A stretch of DNA of 63,971 nt, counting the filler, from Acidimicrobiia bacterium (GTDB lineage: Bacteria > Actinomycetota > Acidimicrobiia > Spongiisociales > CAZKJJ01), in assembly GCA_046759765.1 (NCBI GenBank). It is 4 parts of 4 records of this genome, joined end to end, with 100 filler letters (N's around TTAATTAATTAA, not from the genome) between each part and the next. Parts side by side here need not be neighbours in the genome. Positions count along the whole stretch, not along the records: positions 54,764 to 63,971 come from JBHICV010000098.1; 3 more parts are not named here. One strand, written 5' to 3'. Shown here one piece after another: positions 62,241 through 63,971 of this stretch. The notes under the pieces were generated by a model. That model did no database searches and had not been told where the DNA came from. It saw nothing but the letters and a program-made list of their open reading frames with translations. Position numbers and translations under genes: made by a program. The first letter of the stretch is position 1. The number at the start of each line of letters is the position of its first letter.

Positions 62241-63971
<1,731 letters not shown>

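Overview
A GC-rich actinobacterial window, most consistent with an Acidimicrobiia-like draft genome or MAG (inference from gene content and order). It consists of four contigs joined by artificial N44-TTAATTAATTAA-N44 linkers: 1-18447, 18548-36626, 36727-54663 and 54764-63971. Contig 1 is accessory: a UbiE-like pair, phenylalanine hydroxylase, Tad minor pilins, a MerR/MerB heavy-metal locus, a DUF222-HNH pseudogene, a cyclase-ATPase-TPR protein and a TasA/SipW cluster. Contig 2 has a dispersed SUF system, fumC, a sigma factor, an orphan DNA methyltransferase and ABC exporters. Contig 3 has the rplY-pth-mfd-mazG-eno-divIC-ppx-tRNA-Leu block. Contig 4 runs tuf-rpmG-tRNA-Trp-secE-nusG-rplKA-rplJL-rpoB. 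Three signals stand out, none evident from the ORF track. (1) A rhodanese-CBS gene in the MerR/merB operon has two in-frame UGA codons at cysteine positions (VVVY-U-HDGL-U-DLSPRAA) followed by a SECIS-like hairpin, making it a candidate two-selenocysteine protein in an organomercury module with no merA nearby. (2) A Tyr-rich 23-codon leader peptide with complete 1:2/2:3/3:4 attenuator geometry precedes phhA. (3) A free-standing HNH gene overlaps the 5' half of tRNA-Leu(UAA) and uses the anticodon as its stop codon. All calls come from reading the sequence and recalled family motifs; no searches were run.
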